Shown: positions 14,100 to 28,179, counted from the first letter of the stretch. The stretch is DNA of 64,000 nucleotides from Octopus vulgaris (GCA_951406725.2 OX597830.1:65038001-65102000); one strand, 5' to 3'. Program-made: numbers and translations. The notes: generated by a model from the sequence alone, not told the origin.

Positions 14100-14765
14100 T
14101 ACTACTACACAACCACCACCACAGCCACAACCACAGCTACTACTACTATTATCATCACCACCACCACCACCACCACAATTACCACTACTACTACTACTAC
14201 TACTGCAACTACTACCATTACCACCAGCACCACAAATACTACTACTACTATCACCACCACCACCACAACTACAACAACACCAACTACCACTACCATTACC
14301 ACCACCACAAATACTACTACTACTATCACCACCACCACCAACATCACAACTACAGCACCATCTACTACTACTTCTACTACCACCACCACCATCATCACCA
14401 CCACCACAACTACAACAACACCATCTACTACAACAAGAACTTCTACTACTACCATCACCATCACCTCCACAATTGCTACTACAACAACTACTACTACAAC
14501 TACTACCACCACCACCACCACAACAATTACTACTACTACTACTGCAACTACTACCATTATCACCACCACCACAAATACTACAACTACTATCACCACCACC
14601 ACCACCACCACAACTACAACACCAACTACTACTACTTCTACTACTACCACCACCACCACCATCACAACCACACACAACTACTACAACAACAACTTCTATT
14701 ACTACCATCACCACCACCATCACCTCCACAACTGCTACTACAAAAACTACTACTACAACAACTAT
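14100..14765. repeat. Mosaic ACT/ACC/ACA trinucleotide repeat with higher-order units
   Basis: Recurring 'caccaccacaaatactac' and 'ctgcaactactaccatta' blocks. Confidence 0.9.
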
Positions 14766-15072
14766 TGTTTGGTCAGCCCCACCCACATCAACTTTTTAAG
14801 GCTTCACTTGAAAAGGAAAGTAAGGGTCGTAGAGGGAAACGCTGTCTTGAAGTAAATTTATAAAAAAAGGTGGATGGGAGTGGCAACGACGGTCCAAATC
14901 AACGAATGAGGTGGTTTCTCCGAGTGTGAAAGTTTGATGAGCAAAGATTGGAAGTTGGGAGAGTCCACTTGCTCGAAAAGACCAAGGGGGAATATGATAA
15001 CTTATAAGTCTCAAAAGTCTCCCTATTCGCTTGAAATTTCTGTTCGTTTGTTTCTGTTATTTTACTCTTTAA

Positions 15073-15456
15073 TCTCTCTCTATATAAACGGCAGTTTGTC
15101 TGTCTGCGTGTCTGTGTGTCTGTTAGGTTGTACCCTCACCCTGACCACGGCTTTCAACCGATTCTGATGAAACTTGACACACTCGTAGCCCAATGTCATA
15201 ATTCAAAACTAACGCAGCGAAAATTTTGAAAAGTTCCCCCAGTTCTGACAAAAATCGATAAATTCGACATGGGGTCGAGAATCAGAAACACAAACCACAG
15301 ACTGTCTAGGGGACGCAACTCGACCTTTTTAACTCTCAAACAAAAATTTACTATCATTTTTTTTCCATTTTTTGCTATTTTTTGGCTATAACTCTCTAAA
15401 AATGCTTTATAGTTATTTCCCTTACAAACCCGAGCAACGCCGGGCGATACTGCTAG
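15073..15456 (+). mobile_element. Non-autonomous Helitron
   Basis: Begins TC (a|tctctctctatataaa), has a subterminal GC hairpin cccgagc-aac-gccggg (15429-15444), ends CTAG followed by T; A|T insertion without TSD. Confidence 0.85.
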
Positions 15457-15459
15457 TTC

Positions 15460-15779
15460 CTTATACGTGCCATCCGTCCACTATAGAAATTATGCTCGTA
15501 TCGTATCACAACACTACGACAGAACGATTTCACCTCAACTGGCCCTGCTCTTTTCAACATCGTACCAGCCCACATAAAAGAGGAAAGTGGTTTCACGGTA
15601 TTCAAACGGTCCCTAAATGATTACCACCAATAAATACAAGACAAGCCACCCACACCCGGATATGTCTCAGAAAACAATAATTCTTTGCTCGAATGGACTA
15701 TGGTGCCCAAGATCTGACTATGTAGCTCTTCCAGGTGGCGCCAACTTCGACCGGAACTTATCGGTAAGTAATTTCTAAG
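15460..15779 (+). pseudogene. 3' end of a CR1/L2-group LINE ORF2 plus short tail
   Basis: Translates FTSTGPALFNIVPAHIKEESGFTVFKRSLNDYHQ*IQDKPPTPGYVSENNNSLLEW...; stop at 15715-15717; homologous to the 62770-63230 peptide. Confidence 0.8.
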
Positions 15780-15781
15780 TA

Positions 15782-16627
15782 CTGTATTTACCAGTGTATA
15801 AGCCGCACCCGTGTATAAACCGCACCCCTGATTTTCGGTGCATTTACCAGTACTTTAAGGTATGGTAATGAAATTCCAGTCGACTTGATTTGTATTCCTT
15901 TGTAGTATTGGTGTTGGCGATGAAACTTACCTTTCCCGGTCCAAGAGGATTCTTAATAAATGCACTTATCTCCCCTTATATGAAATAATTTTTCCTATTT
16001 CATTTTAATTTACTTGTTACCTTGTAAATACATTTCCTCAATCGAGTTCAAGAATAAATCATATCGCTCCCCCTCTCTCTCTCTCGTTTTCCTACGCAGC
16101 GAGATAAGTCACACATCCGGGTCACCAAACATTAGTTGTTTACGCCGTAGACCTGAGGATTAGAGAACGCGTAGGTAATTCGCAGTAAATCAGAGGGTGA
16201 GCGGAAATTACGATCAGCTATCAATCATAGAGCATTTGTCGGACAAAAGGTAAGTTTTTACAAAAATTCTCGCTACTTTTCTACCGGCACACGTCCCTCT
16301 TCTACAGGGTTGCAACACTAACGAAGCGAAGGCTGCAATTGAGACGACACCGGCGCAAGTTGGTTTGGAATATTGCGCAATGTTTAGAGCGTACGACGGA
16401 AAAAAATGGACGATGACACTGGAATAAGAATGTACAAACAGTTTCTTTTACTAGTTTTAACGGCAAGAATTGTAAGGGGCGCTAGTACCACGTGAATCTT
16501 GGATTATTACATGAAATAACGCTCGGGTTTTAGACCGACTTTTCCTTCTACCCGTGTATAAGCCGCACCCCACTTTTCCTGGGTTTCCCGTCGGAAAAAA
16601 GTGCAGTTATTACACCGGCAAATACGG
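15782..16627. mobile_element. Non-autonomous Tc1/mariner-superfamily (Tc2/pogo-like) DNA element
   Basis: TA|ctgtatttaccagtgtataagccgcac ... gtgcagttattacaccggcaaatacgg|TA imperfect TIRs; subterminal repeats gtgtataagccgcacc at both ends. Confidence 0.85.
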
Positions 16628-17376
16628 TAATTTACATCCTTTCTACTATAGGCACAAGGCCTGGAATTTGTGGGGAGGGATATAGTTGATTACATCGACA
16701 CCAGTACTTGACTGATACTTAATTTAGCGACACCGAAACGATGAAAGGCATAGTCGACCTCGGCAGAATTTGAACTCAGAACAGTGCGACACACTGACAT
16801 TCAAATTTATTATATTAGATTTGTTTAATTTTGGGGAAACTTTATTTCAATTAAAGTATATTTTATGTGTGTGTGTGTGTATGTATGTGTGTGTTTATTA
16901 AAGAAAGCAAAAAACAAAACAAAAATGATAGATCCAGTATGTTGGCGAAAGGAATTTCTGTCAAAGAGACACGAAAAAATAAATAAATAGTTACCCGGGT
17001 AACAAAAATCTCACAAGTAAAGAGGTTGTAACTCCTTGTTTATAAATCCGTCATATATATATGTACACACACACACACACACACACAGAGGCACACATAT
17101 ATATATATGTGTGTGTACATATATATATGACGGATTTCTTCCCGCTTCCTGCTACCAAATCCATGCACAAAGATTTGGTCGGCTCGAGTCTTCAGTAGAA
17201 GACACTAGCCCAGGGTGCCAGGCAGTGGGACTGAACTCGGAACCATATTGGGAAGTAAACTACTTACCACCCAGCCATGTCTGCGACTGTATGCATATAT
17301 TTATATAATTACATATATATATATATATATATATTACATAATACGTACATATATATATATACATATATATATATAT

Positions 17377-17425
<49 letters not shown>

Positions 17426-17536
17426 CATACATATATATCCCGGCCGATGCACAGATAATTTTTATATGGCGGTGCCCCAGCATGGCCACAGCTCATTAGC
17501 TGAAACTGGAAAAATCAAAAAAAAAAAATCAAAATC

Positions 17537-17570
<34 letters not shown>

Positions 17571-17989
17571 TTGTAGACTACCAGTATGGTAATATAATAT
17601 TGGCGGATCTTTAAAAAAATGCTGGCGATATTGAATATTAACGTACCAAATAGATTAAGAAATGCCTTTATTGTTGCACATTTTCCTTCCTTGAATACTT
17701 TCCTTATTGTATAAAGTTAGTCCTTTTGTTCTTTTTTTTTATACTGCACTTTAGTGACCGAATTATAGCGATGAATATATTTGAAATTAAATTGTAAATA
17801 AATTTTATGCGGTGTATCAAATCGATAGATATTAGAACAGTTTTACATTATAAAATGAAGTAAATATATTTTCAATTTAGGAGCAAAAAAAATCGATGAC
17901 AACGAAACATTTAAAGAACAAAATGTTTACGTAAAGCAATAGGAAGGTTTTTAAAAGCTCCATCACTAACGTACTCTGTGTGTGAACTT

Positions 17990-18245
17990 ATTCCAATATC
18001 CGTTCCTTCTATGCTCTCGAGCTTATTGGGCAACAAGATGGCGCCACTGGTTACTACTGCCTGACGTTTGCTCTGCATCCGGCTATGTGATATTGGCCTC
18101 TCTCATCTCGGTTAGGAATACTATGCGCCATGTTGTTTTCTGTCCTCTACCTTTTCTTGTCCTATGGTGGCCATTTCAAAGCTGTGTTAAAATGGTATTG
18201 TTCTTGTAGCCGGAGTATGTTCTCTGTTAGTCTTATATTCGTACC
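17990..18245 (-). pseudogene. 3' end of an RTE-clade LINE ORF
   Basis: rc translates ...ILRLQEQYHFNTALKWPP.../RGQKTTWRIVFLTEMREANIT*PDAEQ...WRHLVAQ..., matching the RTE C-terminal AL.W.P.G.R.RGRP.TW...W...V pattern. Confidence 0.75.
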
Positions 18246-18266
18246 TTACGTGTAAAAATAGTAATA

Positions 18267-18665
18267 GGCGCAAGCGTGGCTGTGTAGCAAGAGGTGCTTT
18301 CAAGCCTCAATGTTCCAGGTTCAGTCTCACCGTGCGAAATCTTGGGTAAATATCTTTTATTATAACCACGGGCCAATCAAAGCCTTCTGAGTGAATTTGA
18401 TTGATGGAAACTGAAAGAAGCCCGTCATATAAATATATACGTGTGTGTGTCGTTTTGCCTGTGTTTCTCTCACCACCAGCATTTGACAACAGGTGTTGGT
18501 GTGTTTACACCACTGTAAACTTGCGGTTCGGAAAAAGGAACCGATTGAATAAGTACCAGGCTATCAAAAAAAAAAAAGTCCTGGTGTCGATTCGTTCAAC
18601 AAAGAATTCTTCAAGGCGGTGCCCCAGGATCGCCGCAGTCTAATAACTGAAACAATTAAAAGATA
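18267..18665 (+). mobile_element. SINE family A, diverged full copy
   Basis: ggcgcaagcgtggctgtgtag head; tail ggcggtgccccagg..gccgcagtc.aat.actgaaac. Confidence 0.85.
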
Positions 18666-18880
18666 ACAAATGCCCTCCAAACATTCATATCTTTATATTT
18701 TTTATACTTTCTATACTTTCATACCTGAGTTCAAATTCCGCCGAGATCGACTTTGCCTTTCATCCTTTCGGGGTCGATAAATTAAGTACCGATTGCATAC
18801 TGAGATCGATCGTATTGACAGCCGCCACCCCCCAAAGAAGATCTCGAAAAGAATAATGTGTGAATGGAGCAATTACCATG

Positions 18881-18961
<81 letters not shown>

Positions 18962-19293
18962 ATGTGTGTGCCTTTGTGTCTATTTGTCCCCACCACCACT
19001 GCTTGACACCATTGCTTGGTGTGCTTACGCCGCTGTGACTTAGCAGTTAAGCAAAAGAAACCGATAGGATAAGTACTGGGCTTAAAAATGAATGTCCTGG
19101 GGTCAATTTGCTTAACTAGAATCCTTCAAGGTGGTGTTCCAGTATGGCCACGGTCAAATGACAGAAACAATAAAAGAATAAATACGAAAACATGCACTTC
19201 GTTTTAATATATATACATGTAAGTATGTGTATATATATCTATTATACATATGTAAATATCTGTATTTGTAGCTACCTACCTACCTACATACAT

Positions 19294-19324
<31 letters not shown>

Positions 19325-19345
19325 TACATACATACATACATACAT

Positions 19346-19392
<47 letters not shown>

Positions 19393-19558
19393 TACATACA
19401 TACATACATGCATGCATACATACATACATACATACATACATACATACATACATACATACATACATACTTACGTACATATATGCATACACACACGCACACA
19501 CGTGTGTGTATAAATCTACAAGTTTTTTTTTATTCTCTCTGTTTATTTCCTCCTACTC

Positions 19559-19594
19559 CTTTCTGCTGAAGAGCATAGGCTCGAAGCATAAAAG
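19559..19594 (+). ncRNA. Degenerate minimal hammerhead-like motif
   Basis: cttt-CTGCTGA-a-gagc-atag-gctc-GAAGC-ATA-aaag; same family as 6705-6740. Confidence 0.45.
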
Positions 19595-19711
19595 ACTTTC
19601 TCACTTTCCTGAGCGTTAAACTAATACATCTGCTTGTTTTTCTGTAAATTTCAACTATGCATATATATATATATTATATATATATATATATATACATATA
19701 CATATCACATC

Positions 19712-19990
19712 ATCATCACGTGATCGACCAGTCCATCAGATGTAGTTACACATCGCTGGTCACAATGCATTCGCATTGTTTTAGCCTTCGAATGACACCA
19801 CCCCGCTGGCTAAGCGAGCAGGCCAAGAAAGAATGGGAGAAAGAGCAGTGACAGAGTACAGCAGGGATCAGCACCCCCGGCCGGAGCCTCGTAGAGCTTT
19901 TTTAGGCGTTTTCGCCCGGTCTGGGAATCGAAACCCCGATCCTACGACCGCGAGTCCGCTGCCCTAACGACTGTCCATTGCGCCTCCACT
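19712..19990 (-). mobile_element. SINE family D (head tggaggcgcaatgg..cagt.gttagggcagcgg) with a tail shared with 48555-48835
   Basis: A/B boxes in the rc head; tail cttagccagcggggtgg.gtcattcgaaggctaaaacaatgcgaa.gcattgtgacc. Confidence 0.85.
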
Positions 19991-20162
<172 letters not shown>

Positions 20163-20652
20163 CAGATATATAAAGGCTGGTGGATAGATATCAATTATAT
20201 ATAATAATTAAGAAATTTTCAACCGAAAATTTCATTTTCCATTATTGATGTATGATTAAAAGTAGAAGATACACATCAAATATTTGTGGTTTTATTTGCA
20301 CTACTTACATAAAAGAGAATATCATACATTCGCACTGGCTGATCCTCTATCTACTTAACCTTTTTTGTTCCGTAAATACGAAAATATGAACTTTGTTTTA
20401 ATATACATTCATTCACATTTATATAACACAATGCAGAAAGAGAGATAGGTGAGGAAAAGGAGAGAGAGAGAAAGAGAGGTAGGAGATAGAAAAAGACTGA
20501 AAGGAAGAGATACTAAGAGGAGAATGAGATAAATACGCAAGGTGCGGCAAAGACCCTATCATTCTTTTATAAAAATTTAAACAGCAAGCGCGCATGCTCA
20601 CCAGTCCAGACATTGATGGCATTTAAAACAAAAACGATACAACTTTTAGATG

Positions 20653-21230
20653 AGGGGAAGAGCGTGGCTTAGTGGTTAGTGTTGGACTCATGATCGTAAG
20701 ATTGTGGTTTCGATTCCTGAACCGGGCGGGACATAATGTTCTTGAGCAAAACACTTCATTTCACCTTGCTCCAGTCCCTCAGCTGGCAAAAATGATTCAT
20801 CCTGCGACGTACCAGCGTCCTATCCTGGAGGTTGGAGGTGGGGTGTATACGCCACAGAATCCAGGAAACCGGTCCTCTGAGTCTATATGACACGGGTTGG
20901 AGTTTATACTTTATCACTATCATTACGGTCACCCTCATCCTCATCACCTCAACCATTACCATAAACCAGCAGTATCACTGGCTTAGTGGTTAGGACGTTG
21001 TACTCATGATCGTTAGATTACGGTTTCGATTCCTGGACCAGGCGACCCATTGTGTTCGTGATTCTTGAGCAAAACACTTCATTTCACACTGCCCCAGTTC
21101 GCCCTGCTGGCCAAAATGAGTAATCCTGCGACGGACTGAGGGACCGACGTCCAGTTCAGGTGGAGGATATATACGCCACGGAAACCAGAAAACTGACCTT
21201 AGGATTCTATCTAACTTGGGAATAACCTTT
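20653..21230 (+). mobile_element. Two family-C-like SINE copies (20653-20900, 20975-21230); another at 25665-25850 (-)
   Basis: tggcttagtggttag (A box), ggtttcgattcc (B box) and ttcttgagcaaaacacttcatttcac domain each occur twice. Confidence 0.85.
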
Positions 21231-21269
21231 ATCTCTTATTAGCTACATAAAGGTACCATTACTATATGC

Positions 21270-21685
21270 CTATTTCTTTATTACCCACTGGGGGCTAAAC
21301 ATAGAGGGGACAAACAAAGACAGACATGGGTATTAAGTCGATTACACCGACCCCAGTGCGTAACTGGTACTTAATTTATCGACCCCGAAAGGATGAAAGG
21401 CAAAGTCGACCTCGGCGGAATTTGAACTCACAACACAACGGCAGACGAAATACCTATTTCTTTATTACCCACAAGGGGCTAAACATAGAGGGGACAAACA
21501 AGGACAGACATAGGTATTAAGTCAATTACATCGACCCCAGTGCATAACTGGTACTTAATTTATCGACCCCGAAAGGATGAAAGGCAAAGTCGACCTCGGC
21601 GGAATTTGAACTCAGAACGTAACGGCAGACGAAATACGGCTACGCATTTTGCCCGCGTGCTAACGTTTCTGCCAGCTCGCCACCA
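21270..21685 (-). mobile_element. SINE family B dimer (184 bp period)
   Basis: gcagacgaaatac at 21441 and 21625; junction rc gaaataggtatttc. Confidence 0.9.
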
Positions 21686-22341
21686 TTACTATATGCCTAT
21701 CTTCATTAACACCACACCGGGGACTTTGTAAAACATGTGAGGGTTTTTCCTGACGCACACTGTTCAAAGTTATGTAGGAGAATAGTTGAGTGATGAAAGG
21801 GTTAAATGGAGTAGAATATGGGAGAGTGTTGTTTAGTGTAGTAGGGAGCAGTAGCATGTTATTGCTGTTGTTGTTGGACAGTTAGAGGTCACCCCCTAAG
21901 ATAGTCGGCCAACAGATTTAGCTTCACAGTTATACTGTGTTTCTGCTAGGTAAGGACCATGCTATACAAATCCACGTGCAGAGATGAGTTATGGAATACA
22001 TTGAACAAATTCCATTCTCTCCAACGTTAGCATTAAACATTGGCAAAGTGGACTTGGTCAGAGCGCCATTGTTAATGTTCCTCTGAATTTCTTGTTGGTG
22101 TCGTAAATTCCATCACAGTTTTAGGGGCCAAGTGGAGCTATTGATAATGTTACCGTTGGCTGTGTGGTAAGAAGTTTGCTTCCCGACCATGCTGTTCCAG
22201 TTTCAGTCCCACTGCGTGGCATCTTGGGCATCTGTCTTCTACTACAGCCCTGGAACAACCAATGCGTTGCGAGTGGATTTGGAAGTCAGAAATTGAAAGA
22301 GGGTCGTCGTAGATGTATATATATATGTTTGTGTGTGTGTA

Positions 22342-22421
<80 letters not shown>

Positions 22422-22429
22422 TGTATGTA

Positions 22430-22633
22430 CAGTAACGTCTCGACTATCGCGAGTGTCACGTTCCAAAACGCCCCGTGATAGGTGAAAATCCGCGGAGGAG
22501 AAACAGTGCTGTGTATTTTCAAAAATTATTTTTATAATTTGTGTATATTTATTTTATAATAAATGCAAAACAACACCACGGAGAAATCGACGTAAGATTA
22601 AGTAATAAACCGCGATATGACGAGGGATTACTG
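22430..22633. mobile_element. Tigger/pogo-like MITE inserted in the internal microsatellite of a SINE A (22157-23160); a related truncated end starts at 22650
   Basis: TA|cagtaacgtctcgactatcgcg ... cgcgatatgacgagggattactg|TA imperfect TIRs. Confidence 0.8.
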
Positions 22634-22751
22634 TATATATATATATATACAGTAATCCCTCGCCATATCGCGGTTCACCTATCGCGGTTTAACCGAAACG
22701 TTAAAAATTAAAATTTGTCTAATATAGCAGCATTTTCAAACTTCATTTTTT

Positions 22752-22823
<72 letters not shown>

Positions 22824-23557
22824 GTATGAATACATATATAGATATACATCCATACATACATTTATGTGTATGTTTGTATGTATATATTATGTATGTATGT
22901 ATGTATGTATGTATGTATGTATGTATGTATGTATGTATGTGTGTGTTGTGTTTGTATGTATGTCTGTGCTTGTTCCCCGCCACCGCTTGCCTACCGATGT
23001 TGGTTTGTGTAAGCCCCCATGATCCAACAAAAAGCGAACGATTGAATAAGTACCAGACTTCAAAAAATGTACTGGGGTCGATTTGTTCGCCTCACTAAAC
23101 CCTTCAAGATGGTGCTCCAGCATGACCGCGGCCTAATGATTAAAGCTAGTAGAAGATATAAGATGAAATGGTCAACCATTCCTGTGCGTACGTCTATCTG
23201 CTGCTGGTCTGGAATGAATGACAGAAATAATTCCTTCTTACTGTCTTCATGTTTTCATTATACAATAAGATGGTTTAGATATGGGTTTCGATGCGGTTTA
23301 ATTAGTGGTTCAAGGACGTGCGGGTTTTCAAGTTTAACACAGAAAAAAAACATTCACCTTTCGTATGAACAACTGGCCTTTTAATTTTTAACATTTCTGT
23401 TTCGTTGTGTCGATGGTCAGTGTAGAACCTGCTAGGTTATGCTGTGCGCTGTTCTATGTTTTTTTTGTAGCTTCTCGTAGGTGTAGTGCAGAATTTAGAG
23501 CCCAGAAGATCTTGCACAGTATACGGTGAATAAAATGTATTGTTTATACTTGAACAG

Positions 23558-24066
23558 ATATGGCTGCGTGGTAAGAAGCTTGCTTCCCAACCACACAGTT
23601 TCACGTTCAGTCCCATAGTGTGGCGTCTTGGGCAAGTGTCTTCTACTATAGCCTCGGGCTGACCAAAGGCTTGTAAGGGAATTTATTAAACAGAAAGTGG
23701 GAGACGCGCACTCCACTACCACCATCGCCACTACCACAACCATTATTACCTATTTCTTTACTGCCCACAAGGGGCTAAACACAGAGGGGACAAACAAGGA
23801 CAGACAAACGGATTAAGTCGATTATATCGACGTCAGTGCGTAACTGGTACTTATTTAATCGACCCCGAAAGGATGGAAGGCAAAGTCGACCTCGGCGGCG
23901 GAATTTGAACTCAGAACGTAGCGGCAGACGAAATAACGCAAAGCATTTCGCCCGGCGTGCTAACTGTTATTACCATCGTCACCACTACGACTACTACTAA
24001 TATGTCAGTGAGAACCACCATCACCACTACCAAAACCACCACCACCACCACCACCACCACCAGTGC

Positions 24067-24103
<37 letters not shown>

Positions 24104-24310
24104 CTCTTCCACCATCGCTTGACAACCAGTCTTGGTGTGTTACGCCTCTGTAAATTAGGGGTTCGGCGAAAAGGACCCAATGCAATAAGTACCAGTCTGT
24201 AAAAGCAGTAAGTACTGGGGTTCGATACGTTCGACTGAAATTCATCAATGCTCCGGTGTTCCAGCATGGCCGCAGTCTAATGACTGAAACAAATAAAAGA
24301 ATAAAAGAAT
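23558..24310 (+). mobile_element. SINE A interrupted by a SINE B copy (23748-23965, -)
   Basis: A head at 23558-23700, B in reverse, A 3' half at 24100-24310. Confidence 0.8.
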
Positions 24311-24637
24311 TATCAATGCTTCCTTCTCTTAACCAAATATGGTAGCTGTGATTGATTGTTGCTTGTTTGCACTCTGACTTGTTTTATTTACTACAATTAT
24401 ATGGGAAGAGGTGTAATTAATAAAGCTATAAACACACTCGAGTTGTTTGTTTATATCTCACGTGTTTTCTTTTTTCCGAAGCACTGGCTGTTTGCTCATG
24501 TCCTCAAGAATAATTTTACACAACACCATTCACTGCGCATGCTTAATATTATGGTGGTGAAACGACAGGAAAATCAATTCAAAGCTAAAAAATTTAAAAT
24601 GCAAATATTTAAAAGTAATAACTTATTTTTCATTGAT

Positions 24638-25090
24638 AAAGTGGTGAGCTGGCAGAATCGTTAGCACTCCGGGCGAAATGCCTAGTAGTATTTCGTCTGC
24701 CGTCACGTTGTGAGTTCAAATTCCGCCGAGGTCGACTTTGCCTTTCATCCTTTCGGGGTCGATAAATTAAGTACCAATTACGCACTGGGGTCGATGTAAT
24801 CGACTAAATCCGTTTGTCTGTTCTTGGTTGTCCCCTCTGTGTTTAGCCCCTTGTGGGTAGTAAAGAAACAGATAAGGTGGCGAGGTGGTAGGATTGTTAG
24901 CACGATGAATAAAAATGATTAATGGCATTTCGTCTGTTTTTACGTCCTAAGTTCAAATTACACCGAGGCTGGGTTTTTTTTTCCTTCCGGCTTTTGGGAG
25001 ACGATAAAATAAGTACCAGTTAAGCACTTGTGTCGATGTAATTAACTTAGTTTTTTCTCTGAAATTGTTGGCCTTGAACCAAACTGTGTT
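24638..25090 (+). mobile_element. Two adjacent SINE family B copies
   Basis: Heads at ~24638 and ~24874. Confidence 0.85.
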
Positions 25091-25114
25091 TGACAAAGGA
25101 AAGTGAAATATATA

Positions 25115-25534
25115 GGCGCAGGAGTGGCTGTGTGGTAATTAGCTTGTTTACCAACCACATGGTCCCGGGTTCAGTCCCACTGCGTGGCACCTTGGGCAAG
25201 TGTCTTCTACTATAGCCTCGGGCCGACCAATGCCTTGTGAGTGGATTTGGTAGACGGAAACTGAAAGAAGCCCGTCGTATATATGTATATATATATATAT
25301 ATGCGTGTGTGTGTTTTTGTGTCTGTGTTTGTCCCCCTAGCATTGCTTGACAACCGATGCTGGTGTGTTTATGTCTCCGTTACTTAGCGGTTCGGCAAAA
25401 GAGACCGATAGAATAAGTACTGGGCTTACAAAAGAATAAGTCTTGGGGGTCGAGTTGCTCGACTAAAGGCGGTGCTCCAGCATGGCCGCAGTCAGATGAC
25501 TGAAACAAGTAAAAGAGTAAAAGAGTAAAGAGTA
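25115..25534 (+). mobile_element. SINE family A, young full-length copy
   Basis: ggcgcaggagtggctgtgtggta (A box), gggttcagtccc (B-box-like), internal microsatellite, tail (gtaaaaga)n; highly similar to 44361-44773 and 58017-58452. Confidence 0.95.
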
Positions 25535-26334
25535 ATATACAAACAACAATCGGCGTGTCTTTTATAGTCTTAAGGAATCATGATACTTCTCAAATATAAC
25601 AATTTATAATGAACAATACCTGTGCTCCCATATAAAGGGAAAAGAGAAAATTCCCGTGTCGAATCTCATGAGGCCGGTTTCCGTGGAGCATATAAATCCC
25701 CCTCCTCCCTTGACGGTGGCGGGGGATGGTCCGTCGCAGGATTACACTCTTCTATCAGCTGAGTGGACTGGAGAAATGTAAATTGAAGTGTTTGCCCAGT
25801 CCAGGATTCGAAACCACAATCTAACAATCAGGAGTCCAACAACTCTAATCACATTATAGTTGGGATAATATTGGTTTCAAATTTTGGCACAAGGCCTGCA
25901 AATTCGGGGAGGGGTAAGTCGATTACATCGGCCCCAGTGATCGAATAGTAATTATTTTATCGACCCCGAAAGAATGAATGGCAAAGTCGGCCCCGGCGGA
26001 ATTTGAACGCAGAACATAAAGACGGACGAAATGATTAGCAGCATTTTGTCCGGTGTGTTAACGATTCTGCCAGTTTGTCAATTTAATGGCTGAGATGTTA
26101 TTGTTAACAAAGCGTGAGAATGAGGTTTATATGAGATAATCAGGTGTGGTGTTCTATAGGAAAACTGCGGTGGTTGATATGATGCGGACCCCGACCTAGG
26201 ATGCAAAACTTCATCGAGGAACTTTCTAGTCCAGAAGACGAACTTGGAGATAATTTTTAATGATAGTGGGGCTGGTGTCATTGAAACAGGTGTTGGTGTG
26301 GCTATTGCTGGGGGCATTAGATCTTGTGGTTCTT

Positions 26335-27560
26335 ATTGTGGTGGTGGTGGTGGTTTTGGTAGCGATGATGGTGGGGGTAGTAGTGGTGTTGGTGGGGGTA
26401 GTGGAGGTGATGGTAGTGGTGATGGTGGTGTTGGTGGCGGTGGTGTTGTTGTTGGTGGTGGTTTTGGTAGTGGTGATGCTGGTGTTGGTGGTGATGGTGG
26501 TTGTGGCGGTGGAGGTGATGGTAGTGATAATGATAGTGGTGATGGCGGGGTAGTGGTGGTGTTGGTGTTGGTGTTGGTGGTAGTGGTGGTGATGGTAGTG
26601 GTGTTAATGGTGATGTTGGTGGTGGTTATGGTGGTGGTATTGATGGTGGTGTTGGTGGTGGTGACGGTAGTGGTGTTAATGGTGGTGTTGGTGGTGGTTT
26701 TGGTAGTGGTGATGTTGGGGTAGTAGTGGTGTTGGTGCTGGTGCTGGTGGTTTTGGTAGTGGTGATGATGGTGGTGATATTAGTGTTGGTGGTGGTGGTG
26801 ATGGTGGTTATGATGATGGTGGTGGTGATGATAGTAGTGATGGTGGTGGTAGTGGTGGTGTTGTTGTTGGTGGTGGTTTTGGTTTTCGTAGTGGTAATGG
26901 TGGTAGTCACTGGCATTATTAGTAGTAGTCGTAGTGGTGGCGATGATAATAACAGTTGTGGTAGTGGCGATGTCGATCGTAGTAGTGGTGTTGGTGGCTG
27001 TAATAGTAGTCGTTATATATTGGAATGTAGTAATCATGTGGTGGTGACGGTGATGGTGGCGACGGTGATATCCACAGGGTGAGTGATGGTGTTACAGGTA
27101 TTGAAAATATAAAGTCTGCAGTGATGGTGAGGGATTTAGCAAACATGATGGCTGGTAAAACTATCACCACCACCACCACCATAAACACCACCACCACCAT
27201 CGTCGTCATGATTGTCATTATTATCGACGTCTACATCTACCACTACCACCATCATCGCCGTCGTCACCATCATCATCGTCTTCATCAATATAACCACCAC
27301 CACCATCATCATCATTACCATCCTTAACATCGTCATCGTCGTCGTCGTCATCATCATCATCATCATCATCATCACTATTGTCATCATCATCATCCTTGAC
27401 ATCGTCACCGTCGTCGTCATCGTTATCATCATCATCATCATCATCTTCATCTGGAACATCAACATTATCAACACCAACATCAACACCAACAACTGCATCA
27501 ACAATACCAGCAACAATACCAACACCATAACTGCAATTATTACCATTATCATCATCATCG
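26335..27560. repeat. GGT/GAT-rich then CAT/CAC-rich trinucleotide low-complexity tract
   Basis: Seen directly; the repeat strand switches near 27130. Confidence 0.85.
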
Positions 27561-28065
27561 TGGTGATTAACAAAATGGCGGTAACGATGTCATAAAAGAG
27601 CACAAAAGCAAGAACAATGGTTAATAATCGTTTCCAATAATCTTCTATCTATATCCACCCTCCCCGACGACACCCATTCCTTTCCCTCATTCTTCCACTC
27701 CAATGCTATGAAACCCTCTCACTTAATCTTGTCCCCTTTCCTCGTTTCCATCGTAATCACCCCTCCCCCCCTTAACGCTTCACTCAGTTTTCGTCCATTC
27801 ACTTATGCAATTAACCCCCTACATAGGCTTTGTTATATCATTTTATCCCTAACACAACGTAGACGTTTATATAATGGACATAGGAGAGTGTATGTATATG
27901 TACAAACATACGTGTGTATATATCTGTATGTGTGTGTGTGTGTGTGCGTGCGTGTGTATGTGGGTGCGAGTGTGTGTGTATATATATTGAATATATATAT
28001 GCATGTATGTGTGTGTGTATAGTCCTAAGTTTACACATGCACATGCATAATATAAATGTACATTA

Positions 28066-28097
<32 letters not shown>

Positions 28098-28142
28098 GTA
28101 TATATATATGTATGTATGTATATATATATATATGTATGTATG

Positions 28143-28179
<37 letters not shown>

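Noticed and set aside
13982-14863. Thr-rich or His/Tyr-rich ORFs suggesting a mucin or cuticular protein
   Set aside because: Frames are open on both strands because of the ACN repeat. There is no signal peptide, splice context or non-repetitive coding flank. It cannot be fully excluded without RNA data.
15163-15175. CTGATGA inside the Helitron
   Set aside because: There are no flanking stems or correctly placed GAAA/NUH.
21707-21806. piggyBac-like end (aaaggg|TTAA)
   Set aside because: No matching left TIR was found.
26244-26723. Gly-rich ORF
   Set aside because: It is the product of a GGT-rich low-complexity tract.
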